Shown here: positions 1 through 9,041 of the stretch, piece after piece | Numbering within the stretch: the first letter of the stretch is position 1 | Layout of the letters: the number at the start of each line of letters is the position of its first letter | Assembly: GCF_000186885.1 (NCBI RefSeq) | Contig: NC_014972.1 | Coordinates: 1,920,001-1,952,000, forward strand | Source of the DNA: Desulfobulbus propionicus DSM 2032 | GTDB lineage: Bacteria > Desulfobacterota > Desulfobulbia > Desulfobulbales > Desulfobulbaceae | Direction: 5' to 3' | Length of the DNA: 32,000 nucleotides | The notes under the pieces: generated by a model | Told to the model about the DNA's origin: nothing | Databases searched by the model: none | The model's input: the letters and a program-made list of their open reading frames with translations, nothing else | Made by a program: the position numbers and the translations under genes

Positions 1-56
1 CTGCCCTCGTTTCCCTCAACATCCTCGGCACCCGCCGGGCCATTCCTTCTCGCGGC

Positions 57-1520
57 ATGACGGATGCGGTTGCCTGGGGATTGACCTCCTCGCTCTTTTT
101 GACCGATCTCGCCATCCGCGTCGGCTTCTCGCTGCGGGTGATCATGCGCAAGCGAGCCCCCAGCGTTTCCTTTGCCTGGCTGGCGGTCATTCTCCTCATC
201 CCCTTCGGCGGCGCCGTCACCTACCTGTTGTTTGGCGAGAACCGGCTCGGTGAACGGCGGGCCAGTCGCCTGCTCAAGGATCGGCAGGTCGTGCGCGAGT
301 GGTCCAGCGCCCTGCGGGAGCGGCCGACAATCGACTGGACCGGAATCAATCCGGAATGTTTGCCCCTGGACCGGCAGATCCTGGCCACCACCGGCATTCC
401 GACCATGCCCGGCAACCAGCTGGAACTGATCGACACCGCCGGCTGTTTTTTCTCCCAACTGATCGACGATATCCATCAGGCCCGCTTCTCCTGCTTGCTG
501 GAGTTTTACATCCTCCAACCGGGAGGCTGGGTGGATGCGCTGATCGAGGCGCTGCTGGCCGCGCGACAACGCGGCGTCACTTGCCGGCTGCTGCTCGACA
601 GTATTGGTTCCAAACCTTTTCTCCGCAGTGCGCAACTGGCTCGTCTGCGCGACGGCGGAGTCGAGGTGGCCGAGGCCCTGCCCGCCGGATTGATCCGAGC
701 CCTGTTTGTCCGCATTGACCTGCGCAATCACCGCAAGATCGCGGTGATCGACGGCGAAATCGCCTACACCGGCAGTCAGAATCTGGTCGATCCCCGTTTC
801 TTCAAACAAAACGACGGGGTTGGCGAATGGGTGGACGCCATGGTCCGGATCACCGGCCCGGTAGCGGAACTGCTGACGGCGGCCTTTATGTTTGATTGGC
901 TGCTCGAGCGCCGGCAATGCCTGAGCGAATACAGCGGAACCGCCGATATCCGCCCGGTTGAGCCGAGCGGACAGGCCCTGGTGCAACTGGCGCCTTCCGG
1001 GCCGGGATATGGCGAGGACACCATCCACAATCTGCTGCTCACCACCCTGTATGCGGCGCGGCGGGAGATCATTCTCACCACCCCCTATTTCGTGCCGGAC
1101 AATGCCATTTTGGCGGCGCTCAAATCGGCGGCGCAGCGGGGCGTTGCCGTGACCATCATTGTTCCGGCAAAAAATGACTCCCGCCTGGTGCAGTACGCCA
1201 GTCGGGCCCGCTACGATGCCCTGAGCCGGGCCGGCGTGCGAATCATGGCCTTTTCCGGCGGTCTGCTGCACACCAAGACCATCACCGTGGACGGCGATTT
1301 CTGCCTGTTTGGCTCGGTCAACCTCGACATGCGCAGTTTTTGGTTGAATTTTGAAATGACCCTGTTCATCTATGACAAGACATTCACCGCCAAGGTCCGC
1401 GCCTTGCAGCAGCAGTATCTTCGCGAGACCACCGAGCACGACGTCGAAATCTTTCAGGCCCGTTCCTTTGGCCAGCGATTGCTGGAAAACATCGCCCTGC
1501 TGGTGAGCCCGCTGCTCTGA
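57..1520 (+). CDS. cls: Cardiolipin synthase (phospholipase D superfamily)
   Basis: 487-aa ORF. N-terminal hydrophobic helices (WLAVILLIPFGGAVTYLLFG). Two HxK(x4)D motifs (HRKIAVIDG and HTKTITVDG), the typical ClsA architecture. Confidence 0.9.
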   Translation: MTDAVAWGLTSSLFLTDLAIRVGFSLRVIMRKRAPSVSFAWLAVILLIPFGGAVTYLLFGENRLGERRASRLLKDRQVVREWSSALRERPTIDWTGINPECLPLDRQILATTGIPTMPGNQLELIDTAGCFFSQLIDDIHQARFSCLLEFYILQPGGWVDALIEALLAARQRGVTCRLLLDSIGSKPFLRSAQLARLRDGGVEVAEALPAGLIRALFVRIDLRNHRKIAVIDGEIAYTGSQNLVDPRFFKQNDGVGEWVDAMVRITGPVAELLTAAFMFDWLLERRQCLSEYSGTADIRPVEPSGQALVQLAPSGPGYGEDTIHNLLLTTLYAARREIILTTPYFVPDNAILAALKSAAQRGVAVTIIVPAKNDSRLVQYASRARYDALSRAGVRIMAFSGGLLHTKTITVDGDFCLFGSVNLDMRSFWLNFEMTLFIYDKTFTAKVRALQQQYLRETTEHDVEIFQARSFGQRLLENIALLVSPLL

Positions 1521-1565
1521 TCCGGCCAATCAATCCATTTTCCCCCAATCGAGCCCTTTCTGCTT

Positions 1566-2285
1566 ATGAAAATCTTGCTGATCAGTGATATCCATGGCAA
1601 TTATCCGGCTCTCGAGGCGGTTGCTCGGGCAGCGACGCCGCTGGCCTGCGACCATGTGCTCAACTGCGGCGATTCGCTTGTCTATGCCCCCTTTGCCAAT
1701 GAAACCCTGGATTGGCTGCGCCGCCATCAAGTGTTTACCATCCGTGGCAATACCGACGATCGGGTGATCAAGCTGCTCAAGGGAAAGCAGTTCAAAAAGC
1801 CGTCCAAGGCCGAAAAACGGATCATGTACACCAGCACCGCGGCGGTGCTCTCCCCCGAGAACCAGACCTTTTTGCTGGAACTGAAAAAAAAGAAACTGCT
1901 GCGTCTCGGCCAAACCTTTATCGGCCTGTTTCACGGCAGCCCCGACGATCATGAGGAATTTCTCGGTGCCGACACGCCGGAAAAGCGCTTCAAGGAACTG
2001 GCCAAGGAAACCAACTGCGAGGTGGTCGTGACCGGCCATTCCCATTCCCCCTATCATCGCTACGTGAACGGGGTGCATTTCATCAATCCGGGTTCGGTGG
2101 GACGAATGTTTGACGGCTGTCCCGATGCCTCCTACGCCATTCTCGAGCTGGCCCATGGCCGGATATCGGTCCGCCATCATCGCTGTCCCTACGATGTCGA
2201 GGCCGTGGCCAAGGCTCTCCGCGACCACCAGTTGCCGCCCATCTACGAGGAGATGTTTCGCACCGGCCGCAAACTCGGTCTGTAG
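1566..2285 (+). CDS. Metallophosphoesterase, YfcE/MJ0936-like
   Basis: 239-aa ORF with calcineurin-like phosphoesterase motifs: LISDIHGN, GDSLVY, IRGNTD, GHSHSPY, INPGSVG. Confidence 0.85.
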   Translation: MKILLISDIHGNYPALEAVARAATPLACDHVLNCGDSLVYAPFANETLDWLRRHQVFTIRGNTDDRVIKLLKGKQFKKPSKAEKRIMYTSTAAVLSPENQTFLLELKKKKLLRLGQTFIGLFHGSPDDHEEFLGADTPEKRFKELAKETNCEVVVTGHSHSPYHRYVNGVHFINPGSVGRMFDGCPDASYAILELAHGRISVRHHRCPYDVEAVAKALRDHQLPPIYEEMFRTGRKLGL

Positions 2286-2449
2286 CCTCGCACCCGTTGC
2301 GTGCCAAAACCGGCGTTCGGCGTATTCGGGAGACTCTCGCCCTCATGTGGGGGCAAGGATGAAAAACGCGGTGCGCACCCACGGGGAATCGGGTACATTC
2401 AACGCGTTGTTACCGTTCCTTTCTCAATTCTATCTATGCGGAGGACTCG

Positions 2450-2956
2450 ATGCGGCCGGATGAAATGCGGGAAAAAGCGATTGACCTGTTCTTGAAGCGA
2501 ATGCACTGCAGCCAGGTGCTGGCCATGGTCGGCCAGGAAAAACTGGGGTTGAACGACCCCTCGGTGATCAAGGCACTCGGAGCCTTTGGCGGCGGTATCG
2601 GCGGCACGGGCAACATCTGCGGCGCGCTGGTGGGCGCGGCCAGTGTGATTGGCAGCCTGTACAGCCGGAGCAACCTTGAGGAAAAGGAAAATCCCCGGAT
2701 GTGGAATGCCACCAAGCTGGTGATGAAACATTTCGAGGAACTGACCGCCCAGCACGGCGGCATCAACTGCTGTCAGATCGCCCGGGTCAATTGGATGGAT
2801 CGGGATCAGGTCAAGGACTTCTATGGCAACCCTGAGAGCCGCAGGCGGCATTGCATCGAGGTTGTTGGCGAGACCGCCAGAGCCCTGGGCGAACTTCTCG
2901 ATCAGGAAGCCGAACGCATGGCCGCGAAAGAAGCCGAAAAAAACGAAGCCAAATAA
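2450..2956 (+). CDS. C_GCAxxG_C_C family redox protein
   Basis: 168-aa ORF with the family signature around GGGIGGTGNICGALVGA and further Cys residues (INCCQI, RRHCIE). GGAGGA Shine-Dalgarno 4 nt upstream of the ATG. Confidence 0.8.
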   Translation: MRPDEMREKAIDLFLKRMHCSQVLAMVGQEKLGLNDPSVIKALGAFGGGIGGTGNICGALVGAASVIGSLYSRSNLEEKENPRMWNATKLVMKHFEELTAQHGGINCCQIARVNWMDRDQVKDFYGNPESRRRHCIEVVGETARALGELLDQEAERMAAKEAEKNEAK

Positions 2957-2983
2957 CCCGGGCGCACCGCTGCGCTTGACCGA

Positions 2984-3010
2984 GGCAGTCTAAACCAGAC
3001 TGCCTTTTTT
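2984..3010 (+). terminator. Rho-independent terminator after the C_GCAxxG_C_C gene
   Basis: Perfect 8-bp stem GGCAGTCT / AGACTGCC with loop AAACC, immediately followed by TTTTTT (3005-3010). Confidence 0.75.
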
Positions 3011-3022
3011 CATTGATCGCTG

Positions 3023-3895
3023 TTGGAGAATGCCATGGAGATGTTCAATTTTTCCGCCGACGAAATACGCCGACTCAACCGGGCATTGAGCTTTGTCGGC
3101 AAACGAGAGGCGCCGCTCGATCAGGTGGCGGCCCGTACCCTGATCGTCAAGACCGAGAATTTTAGCGACGAATGCGAACAGCTCGCTCCCTACTATGCCC
3201 CCCTTGGCCTGGAAAACCGGAGCGCCCGGTTGGTGTTCGCGCCCAAGGAAGGGCAGCATAAGATTCTGCTCAACAAGGAGACGGTGGCTGGCCTTTCCTA
3301 CATCCACTCCCTGGTGACCGAAATGGTCCACCTGGGCAACCTCAGCCGGTATGCCGCCGATCACGGCAACGTTTACCGCCTGGAACCGTCGCAGGCCATT
3401 GCCGATTACTACTACGAGTTTCTGCTGTGGACCAAATTTCAGGCCATGAAAATCGCCACCCGCTGCCATGCGCTGGTCTGCTGGCACGAGGTCAACGGCG
3501 AGACGCCGCCTGCAGATGGTCGATACCAGTTTGCCCAGGTCGATTTTCCCCGTGACGCGCTCAAGGCCGGCTTGCGGCAATTGGCCGACGCCGGCGATAT
3601 CGCCACCTGGCGCGAAGGGTTCTGGGATGCGCTTGAGGAATTGTCCCTCTACTTCGGCCGACTGGCCTTTTACCAGCTCACCGCCCAGCCCGAAAAGGTG
3701 GACGAACGATTCCCGGCCCCGGCCATCGAGGCAACCCTGGGGCTGGAGAACTGTCTGGCCCTCTACGCTTGTCTGCATCGGGCGCGGGAGTATAAGTCCT
3801 GGCTTGAGGAGAGACGCAACCTTCGCGCCGCCATTGTCGCCATGGAGGGACGAGGAAAACAGCGGTTTCAGGAAGAAGGGGAACCGATTCCTTGA
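3023..3895 (+). CDS. Hypothetical protein (no recognisable family)
   Basis: 290-aa ORF in the only long frame here not explained as an antisense shadow. It follows the terminator and is convergent with the flavodoxin-like gene. No motif recognised. Confidence 0.55.
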   Translation: MENAMEMFNFSADEIRRLNRALSFVGKREAPLDQVAARTLIVKTENFSDECEQLAPYYAPLGLENRSARLVFAPKEGQHKILLNKETVAGLSYIHSLVTEMVHLGNLSRYAADHGNVYRLEPSQAIADYYYEFLLWTKFQAMKIATRCHALVCWHEVNGETPPADGRYQFAQVDFPRDALKAGLRQLADAGDIATWREGFWDALEELSLYFGRLAFYQLTAQPEKVDERFPAPAIEATLGLENCLALYACLHRAREYKSWLEERRNLRAAIVAMEGRGKQRFQEEGEPIP

Positions 3896-3938
3896 CTTGA
3901 CAGGGCAAACGCGCCGGAATTGCCTGCTGCCAGACCAT

Positions 3939-4394
3939 TCAGAAAATGCCCAGGGCAACTCCTGCCGCCAGGGTGTGGCCGAGCTCTTCAATTGCCAAAA
4001 AATCGGCCTCGGTGGGACGGCCGGCGATCCTGATGTGTTCCAGCGCTTTTCTCCATTTGTAGCCCGCAACGATTCGCTCGATCTGACTGATGGCTCCCCG
4101 GCCGTCATTGCCCGCGCAGACAAAGAGGACAAACGGCAAGCCAATGGTTTGATCCTGAGCGGCTTGAAAGGTGCGGTCAAAAAAATCCTTGATCATCCCG
4201 GCCATGGTCCCAAAATATTCCGGAGACCCGATGGCGATGGCATCGCACCGCAACAAGTCGTCGAGGGTGGCGTCTTGCGCCCGTTTCAGACTGACGACAA
4301 CCTCCTCTTCCCGAGCCGCCCCCCGCGCGAAACGATGGGCCATGCCATCCATGGTCCCGCCCTGGGAGTGGTAGAGCACCAAAATGGTTTTCAT
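3939..4394 (-). CDS. Flavodoxin-like fold protein (WrbA/flavodoxin family)
   Basis: 151-aa ORF. N-terminus MKTILVLYHSQGGTMDGMA is the flavodoxin-type FMN phosphate-binding loop. AIGSPEYFGTMAG resembles WrbA-like flavoproteins. Confidence 0.8.
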   Translation of the reverse strand: MKTILVLYHSQGGTMDGMAHRFARGAAREEEVVVSLKRAQDATLDDLLRCDAIAIGSPEYFGTMAGMIKDFFDRTFQAAQDQTIGLPFVLFVCAGNDGRGAISQIERIVAGYKWRKALEHIRIAGRPTEADFLAIEELGHTLAAGVALGIF

Positions 4395-4485
4395 GATCTT
4401 CCCCCGGCCCTGTTGTCAGACTGTTCCCGAACCGGTTTGTTCTCCATCCTGTCAGACAGTGATTGTTCGGCGACCGCCGAACCCG

Positions 4486-4490
4486 CTAGA
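4486..4490. repeat. Left copy of the 5-bp target-site duplication CTAGA
   Basis: CTAGA directly abuts IR-L. The identical CTAGA directly abuts IR-R at 13744-13748. A 5-bp duplication is the Tn3-family hallmark. Confidence 0.9.
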
Positions 4491-4528
4491 GGGGTATGAA
4501 GTCCAACGGAACGAAAACGTACGCTAAG
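4491..4528. repeat. IR-L, 38-bp terminal inverted repeat
   Basis: GGGGTATGAAGTCCAACGGAACGAAAACGTACGCTAAG. It shares the GGGG...GGAACGAAAAC...ACG.TAAG frame of the Tn3 IR and is 36/38 identical to the reverse complement of IR-R. Confidence 0.93.
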
Positions 4529-4596
4529 AATTCAATGGAGATGTTTCGATATCTAAAATCAGCAATTGAATCGAGAAACTGACTCTATCCTGCTAG

Positions 4597-4914
4597 TTAT
4601 AGGTCTCCTGTCATGCCAAATTCAATTGCCGTTTTAACAAAAAAAACGTTCACGTCTTCCTCCTTGATCCGTGCAAACAACCGTTCGGCATCCGCCTCGC
4701 TTACCGCCATGGTTACTTGCAGGGGTTGATCCGTCAGCTCAAAAAAATGCACAGAGCGTAATTTTCGATCATGGCCGTACCCCTCGGCAGCCTGGGTCAA
4801 CGTTGCGCCGCCAATTCCTATTGATCTAGCCTCCTCCACTAACCATTTCGCTACCGGTCGGCCTTTATGATTTCGATCCTGTTGCGTAAAAAATGTCAGT
4901 TGATATCCAAGCAT
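4597..4914 (-). CDS. DUF190 domain protein (CrcB-associated, PII-like fold)
   Basis: 105-aa ORF resembling DUF190 proteins (HKGRPVAKWLVEEARSIGIGGATL..AEGYG). Lies directly downstream of crcB, which is the usual pairing. GAGG Shine-Dalgarno 5 nt before the ATG. Confidence 0.8.
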   Translation of the reverse strand: MLGYQLTFFTQQDRNHKGRPVAKWLVEEARSIGIGGATLTQAAEGYGHDRKLRSVHFFELTDQPLQVTMAVSEADAERLFARIKEEDVNVFFVKTAIEFGMTGDL

Positions 4915-4929
4915 ATTTGCCTCGTTCTT

Positions 4930-5310
4930 TCAGCTTCTGAAGGCTGCAATCGTTGCCATACCCAAAATGGTCATGGAGAGCGACCCTATGACATGTATTG
5001 AAATCGCGATTCCGGCCCAAAGGAAACGCCCTTGTTGCAACAAGGTGGTTACTTCGGCGGAAAAGGTGGAAAACGTGGTCAGTCCACCAAGAAAACCGGT
5101 AATAACCATCAAGCGCCATTCCGGAGACAACTGGGGCACTGCCGCAAAGACCGCCAAGGCCACCCCGATCAAATAGCCGCCAAGTAAATTGGCGGCTAGG
5201 GTACCTGGCGGAACAAAGGGAAAAATAGTGTTCAGAGTGCGACCAAGCAGCCACCGCAACACCGCTCCAACTGAGGCGCCTACACTGATTGCAAGTATTG
5301 AGTTGAGCAT
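4930..5310 (-). CDS. crcB: Fluoride ion channel CrcB/Fluc
   Basis: 126-aa, 4-TM protein aligning along its whole length with E. coli CrcB: [34 protein letters not shown]. Confidence 0.9.
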   Translation of the reverse strand: MLNSILAISVGASVGAVLRWLLGRTLNTIFPFVPPGTLAANLLGGYLIGVALAVFAAVPQLSPEWRLMVITGFLGGLTTFSTFSAEVTTLLQQGRFLWAGIAISIHVIGSLSMTILGMATIAAFRS

Positions 5311-5319
5311 AATATTTTT

Positions 5320-6318
5320 TTACGAACAGGCTCCAGCGATAGCAACCGCAACCGCAACAGATGCGCCCACCATGGGATTGTTGCCCATGCCAAGGAAGCC
5401 CATCATTTCAACATGAGCTGGAACTGAGGATGACCCGGCAAATTGCGCATCGGAATGCATTCTGCCCATAGTATCGGTCATTCCGTAGGAAGCCGGTCCG
5501 GCGGCCATGTTGTCGGGGTGCAGGGTGCGGCCGGTGCCGCCGCCAGAAGCCACGGAGAAATACTTCTTGCCCTGTTCAAGACATTCTTTCTTGTACGTCC
5601 CGGCCACTGGATGCTGAAAGCGGGTCGGATTGGTCGAATTACCGGTGATGGACACATCCACCCCTTCAAAGTGGTTGATGGCAACCCCTTCACGAACATC
5701 ATCAGCGCCAAAGCAGCGCACCTTGCCTCGCTCGCCTGTGGAATAGGCAAGCTCGCGGACAACGCTCAGGGTGTCAGCGGCGTAATCGAACTGGGTCTGC
5801 ACATAGGTGAAGCCGTTGATCCGGGAGATGATCTGGGCCGCATCCTTACCCAAACCATTGAGGATCACCCGCAGCGGTTCAGTGCGAGCCTTGTTGGCCG
5901 AACGGGCCAAACCGATCGCGCCCTCGGCGGCGGCAAAAGATTCATGACCAGCGAGGAAGGCAAAACATTTGGTTTCTTCGGAAAGGAGCATGGAGGCCAG
6001 ATTGCCATGGCCGATGCCCACCTTGCGATCCTCGGCCACCGAGCCGGGGATACAGAAGGCCTGCAAACCCTCGCCCAGGGTGCGGGCTATATCCACCGCC
6101 TTGCTTTCCCCTTTTTTGAGGGCAATGGCCGCGCCTAGGGTGTAAGCCCAACAGGCGTTGTCGAAACAGATTGGCTGGATGTTTTTGACGATGGCTGGAA
6201 CATCGACCCCTATGGCCACGCTCATGGCTTTGGCCTCCTCCAGCGAGGCAATACCCCATTGAGCTAGCACCGTGTTGATCTTCTCAATTCTGCGTTCATA
6301 TCCTTCAAAAAAAACCAT
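5320..6318 (-). CDS. GGGtGRT family protein (Pfam PF14057-like, function unknown)
   Basis: 332-aa ORF with the eponymous motif SVASGGGTGRTLHPDN and about the family-typical length of 330 aa. AAGGAGG Shine-Dalgarno overlaps the stop of the upstream gene. Confidence 0.85.
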   Translation of the reverse strand: MVFFEGYERRIEKINTVLAQWGIASLEEAKAMSVAIGVDVPAIVKNIQPICFDNACWAYTLGAAIALKKGESKAVDIARTLGEGLQAFCIPGSVAEDRKVGIGHGNLASMLLSEETKCFAFLAGHESFAAAEGAIGLARSANKARTEPLRVILNGLGKDAAQIISRINGFTYVQTQFDYAADTLSVVRELAYSTGERGKVRCFGADDVREGVAINHFEGVDVSITGNSTNPTRFQHPVAGTYKKECLEQGKKYFSVASGGGTGRTLHPDNMAAGPASYGMTDTMGRMHSDAQFAGSSSVPAHVEMMGFLGMGNNPMVGASVAVAVAIAGACS

Positions 6319-6329
6319 GATCCGCCTCC

Positions 6330-7019
6330 TTATTCGTGCCGGGGATTGATGGTTCGTACCGCCTCGGAGAAGCGGCCGTAGCTGCCGGTGGCCCTGGTGA
6401 GGGCTTCGTCGGCGCCGGTACCCCGATGAATCATCTCCATCATCTTGCCGAGATGGACAAACTCATAGCCGATCACTTCGTCGTTGGCATCGAGGCCGAG
6501 CCGGGTCACATATCCTTCAGCCATATCGAGGTAGCGCACCCCCTTGGCCTTGGTGCCATACATAGTGCCCACCTGGCTGCGCAGCCCCTTGCCCAGGTCC
6601 TCCAGACCGGCGCCGATGGGCAGGCCACCCTCGGAAAAGGCTGTCTGCGAGCGGCCATAGACGATCTGGAGAAAGAGTTCACGCATGGCGGTGTTGATAG
6701 CATCGCAGACCAGATCGGTGTTGAGAGCTTCGAGGATGGTCTTGCCCGGCAGGATCTCGGCCGCCATGGCCGCCGAGTGAGTCATGCCCGAACAGCCGAT
6801 CACCTCGACCAGGGCCTCCTCGATAATGCCCTCCTTGACGTTGAGGGTGAGTTTGCAGGCGCCCTGCTGGGGGGCACACCAGCCGACCCCGTGGGTCAGA
6901 CCGGCGATATCTTTAATCTCTTTGGCCTGGGTCCATCGGCCTTCCTGGGGGATGGCCGCGGGACCGTGATTGGGTCCTTTGGCCACGCAGGTCATCTGTG
7001 CCACTTCTGAAGAGTACAT
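6330..7019 (-). CDS. Divergent NifU/IscU N-terminal-domain-like protein with a C-terminal extension
   Basis: 229-aa ORF. GACKLTLNVKEGIIEEALVEVIGCSGMTHSAAMAAEILPGKTILEAL follows the IscU pattern (CGD..L.l.v, GC..a.ASSS..tE...GKT..EA). AAGGAGA Shine-Dalgarno 5 nt upstream. Confidence 0.6.
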   Translation of the reverse strand: MYSSEVAQMTCVAKGPNHGPAAIPQEGRWTQAKEIKDIAGLTHGVGWCAPQQGACKLTLNVKEGIIEEALVEVIGCSGMTHSAAMAAEILPGKTILEALNTDLVCDAINTAMRELFLQIVYGRSQTAFSEGGLPIGAGLEDLGKGLRSQVGTMYGTKAKGVRYLDMAEGYVTRLGLDANDEVIGYEFVHLGKMMEMIHRGTGADEALTRATGSYGRFSEAVRTINPRHE

Positions 7020-7064
7020 GCCTGTCTCCTTTTGTTGTGAATGAGCAGGTTGTTGCCACCTGCT

Positions 7065-8336
7065 TCATGATTGTTGTGCACCGCCTGCCTGTCGTAAAAC
7101 AAGGGTGCCGGCCAGCATCAGCACAGCTGCCAGGCCAAAGCTGAACACCGGCGATATTGCCGTCCACAGGACGCCGACCACGGTGCTGGAGATAAATTTG
7201 GCAGTGCCGTTGACTGTGCCCAATGCACCCACTGCGGTAGCGAGCAGTTCCTGGCTGACCATTTCGGCGGTCACCGTCGATTCCAGAGCTTCCTGCACCG
7301 CCATATACAAACCAGCAACCAGGAAAATCACTCCCAAGAAGACGATACTGTCGATGCGAAGGGCAAAAGCGGCAGCAGTCAAGATGGCAGTGAGCACACC
7401 TAGCACATATCCGGCGATCAGGGTCGGCATGTGGCCAAAACGGTCGGCAAGGACACCGATGGGAAAGGAGACGACTACCTGGACCACATTGCGCCAAACG
7501 TAGAGAAGACCAGCAACCTGCGCCGCATGAACCACACCCATAGTTTCGGTCAACAGTTGGGTAGCCGCCAGGATCAGCAGGCTATGGGAAAAATCGCCGA
7601 TACCAAAAATACCAACCGCCGCTAAATAGCGCTTGAACCGCAGCGGCAACCCGCGCAGGGTATGAAAAAACCGCAACGCCGGGTTGGGAGAGTGTTCAGG
7701 ATCTCGCACCAGGGTGAAAAATGCGACTACAGCCAGAACACCAGGGATAACCGAGAGCCACAACACAACACGGAAGGCAAACGATCCGTCATGCCCATTC
7801 CATCCTTGAACCCATCCCAGTAGAGCAACGCCCAGCAGGGGACCGAGCACAGCGCCAATGGTATCGGTGGCCCGATGAAAACCAAAAGCCCGACCACGGG
7901 TTTCCGGCTGCACCGCCTGCATGACAATGGCATCGCGGAGTGGGCCACGCAATCCCTTGCCAAACCAGGAGATGATCCTGCCCCAGAGGATAAGGGGCCA
8001 ACCGGCGGCCAAGGCGATCAGAAACTGGCCAATCGGGGTCAGGCCGTAGCCAATCACAACTAGCAACTTGCGGTGCCCGAGTTTGTCGGCAATGAAGCCG
8101 GAGATCATCTTGGTGAAGCTGGCCACGGCATCGGCAATGCCCTCGATCGTCCCCAGAACAGCCGGTGGCAGGCCAAGGACCGCCAGGAACCCCGGCAGGA
8201 TGACCGTGGTGGTTTCATAGCAGAAATCACCCAATGCACTGGTGATGCCAGCACCTATTACGGTGCGATTAAGCCAGCCCTGCGGCTGACCTTGAGATTC
8301 GGTTGGTGCATCCTGGGTATCGATAGATTTTTGCAT
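7065..8336 (-). CDS. MFS transporter (about 12 TM)
   Basis: Highly hydrophobic ORF with an MFS loop 2-3-like motif (GFIADKLGHRKLL). The track ORF starts at a TTG (8348); the ATG at 8336 (MQKSID...) is preferred. Confidence 0.85.
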   Translation of the reverse strand: MQKSIDTQDAPTESQGQPQGWLNRTVIGAGITSALGDFCYETTTVILPGFLAVLGLPPAVLGTIEGIADAVASFTKMISGFIADKLGHRKLLVVIGYGLTPIGQFLIALAAGWPLILWGRIISWFGKGLRGPLRDAIVMQAVQPETRGRAFGFHRATDTIGAVLGPLLGVALLGWVQGWNGHDGSFAFRVVLWLSVIPGVLAVVAFFTLVRDPEHSPNPALRFFHTLRGLPLRFKRYLAAVGIFGIGDFSHSLLILAATQLLTETMGVVHAAQVAGLLYVWRNVVQVVVSFPIGVLADRFGHMPTLIAGYVLGVLTAILTAAAFALRIDSIVFLGVIFLVAGLYMAVQEALESTVTAEMVSQELLATAVGALGTVNGTAKFISSTVVGVLWTAISPVFSFGLAAVLMLAGTLVLRQAGGAQQS

Positions 8337-8356
8337 GGTTTTCCCCAAACATTGCC

Positions 8357-8899
8357 TTAACGATTTTCATCCTGCACTTCGAATACCCGCTGCGCATAGG
8401 CATCCAGCAGGGATTCACAGTCTGCCAACCGTTTCTGGGCCTCTTCGGCGAGATTGGTTCCGTAGAAGTCGAGCTTGCGGATTTTTTCCAGCCAGGAGTG
8501 GAGTTTTTTCAGGTCGACGTCGTTTTCTTCCAACTCAGCGTAGGTAAAGTGGCTGGCGGCGGTTTCCTTGGCGATTTCTGCTTCGAAATCTTTACATTTA
8601 TCAAGGAACTCTTTGTATTCTTCGTCACGGTCTGCCTTGAATCGTGCTACCACTTTGTTTTCCTGAGCCTTGTCTAGGGCCACAGCTTCCAGAATCACTG
8701 CGTCGCCACCCATTTCAATGATCTCATTCTCCAGTATCTTCAATCGTCGGGTGTAGTCATCGGTTTTTGGGAGTAAACAAACACCGTTCTGCAGATAAAC
8801 AGCTCCCATCCCTTTCAGCTTTCGCCAAAGGGAAATACGCTTCTTTGCCGGCTCCGGTGGTACTTTATACGTCAGCAACAACCAATTTTGTGTCTCCAT
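8357..8899 (-). CDS. ChrB N-terminal-domain-like protein (putative regulator/sensor), followed by a coiled coil
   Basis: WLLLTYKVPPEPAKKRISLWRKLKGMGAVYLQNGVCLLP matches the ChrB N-terminal signature (WL.L...lP...s..R...WR.Lk..Ga..L.dGvylLP). The track ORF (to 9001) starts at a TTG; the ATG at 8899 (METQNW) is preferred. The start is uncertain. Confidence 0.7.
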   Translation of the reverse strand: METQNWLLLTYKVPPEPAKKRISLWRKLKGMGAVYLQNGVCLLPKTDDYTRRLKILENEIIEMGGDAVILEAVALDKAQENKVVARFKADRDEEYKEFLDKCKDFEAEIAKETAASHFTYAELEENDVDLKKLHSWLEKIRKLDFYGTNLAEEAQKRLADCESLLDAYAQRVFEVQDENR

Positions 8900-9041
8900 G
8901 CGTCTCAGATTCTTTTTTCGCTTTGCGAGCCTTTTATGGAACAGTACCCGATCAATCGCATCCACACTGTTGGACAGAAACACATCGATCCTAACCGTCA
9001 AGATAGGGTTATCAGTTTCAGGGATTTCTTATCACGTGCTT

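Noticed and set aside
3305-3331. HSLVTEMVH in the orphan 290-aa protein, considered as a zinc-metalloprotease HExxH motif.
   Set aside because: The spacing is H-x4-E-x2-H, not H-E-x-x-H, and there is no downstream third ligand motif.
2990-4180. 396-aa minus-strand ORF spanning the orphan gene and part of the flavodoxin region.
   Set aside because: It is an antisense shadow ORF of a GC-rich region. It crosses the terminator, overlaps two better-supported genes, and has an Arg/Pro/Gly-rich low-complexity composition.
4465-4482. Hairpin GTTCGGC-GACC-GCCGAAC next to the insertion site, considered as the terminator of the selenoprotein gene or as a target-site structure.
   Set aside because: No U-run follows it on the relevant (minus) strand, so it is not a convincing intrinsic terminator. 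A role in target choice is pure speculation.
8900-9001. N-terminal 34-aa extension of the ChrB-like ORF (track start at 9001).
   Set aside because: It starts at a TTG without a Shine-Dalgarno, and the ChrB-N homology begins just after the internal ATG at 8899. It more likely belongs to the 5' leader.
8900-9040. Possible fluoride (crcB-motif) riboswitch in the 135-nt leader of the crcB-containing operon. The segment GGATCGATGTGTTTCTGTCCAACAG... has GAUG and AAC elements in roughly the right order.
   Set aside because: I could not build the P3 stem. The pseudoknot pairing between the first loop and the sequence after UGAU, required by the remembered consensus (GGnGAUG...CC-AAC-GCC...GGCUGAUG...CCU), is also missing. 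An Infernal scan with RF01734 would settle it.
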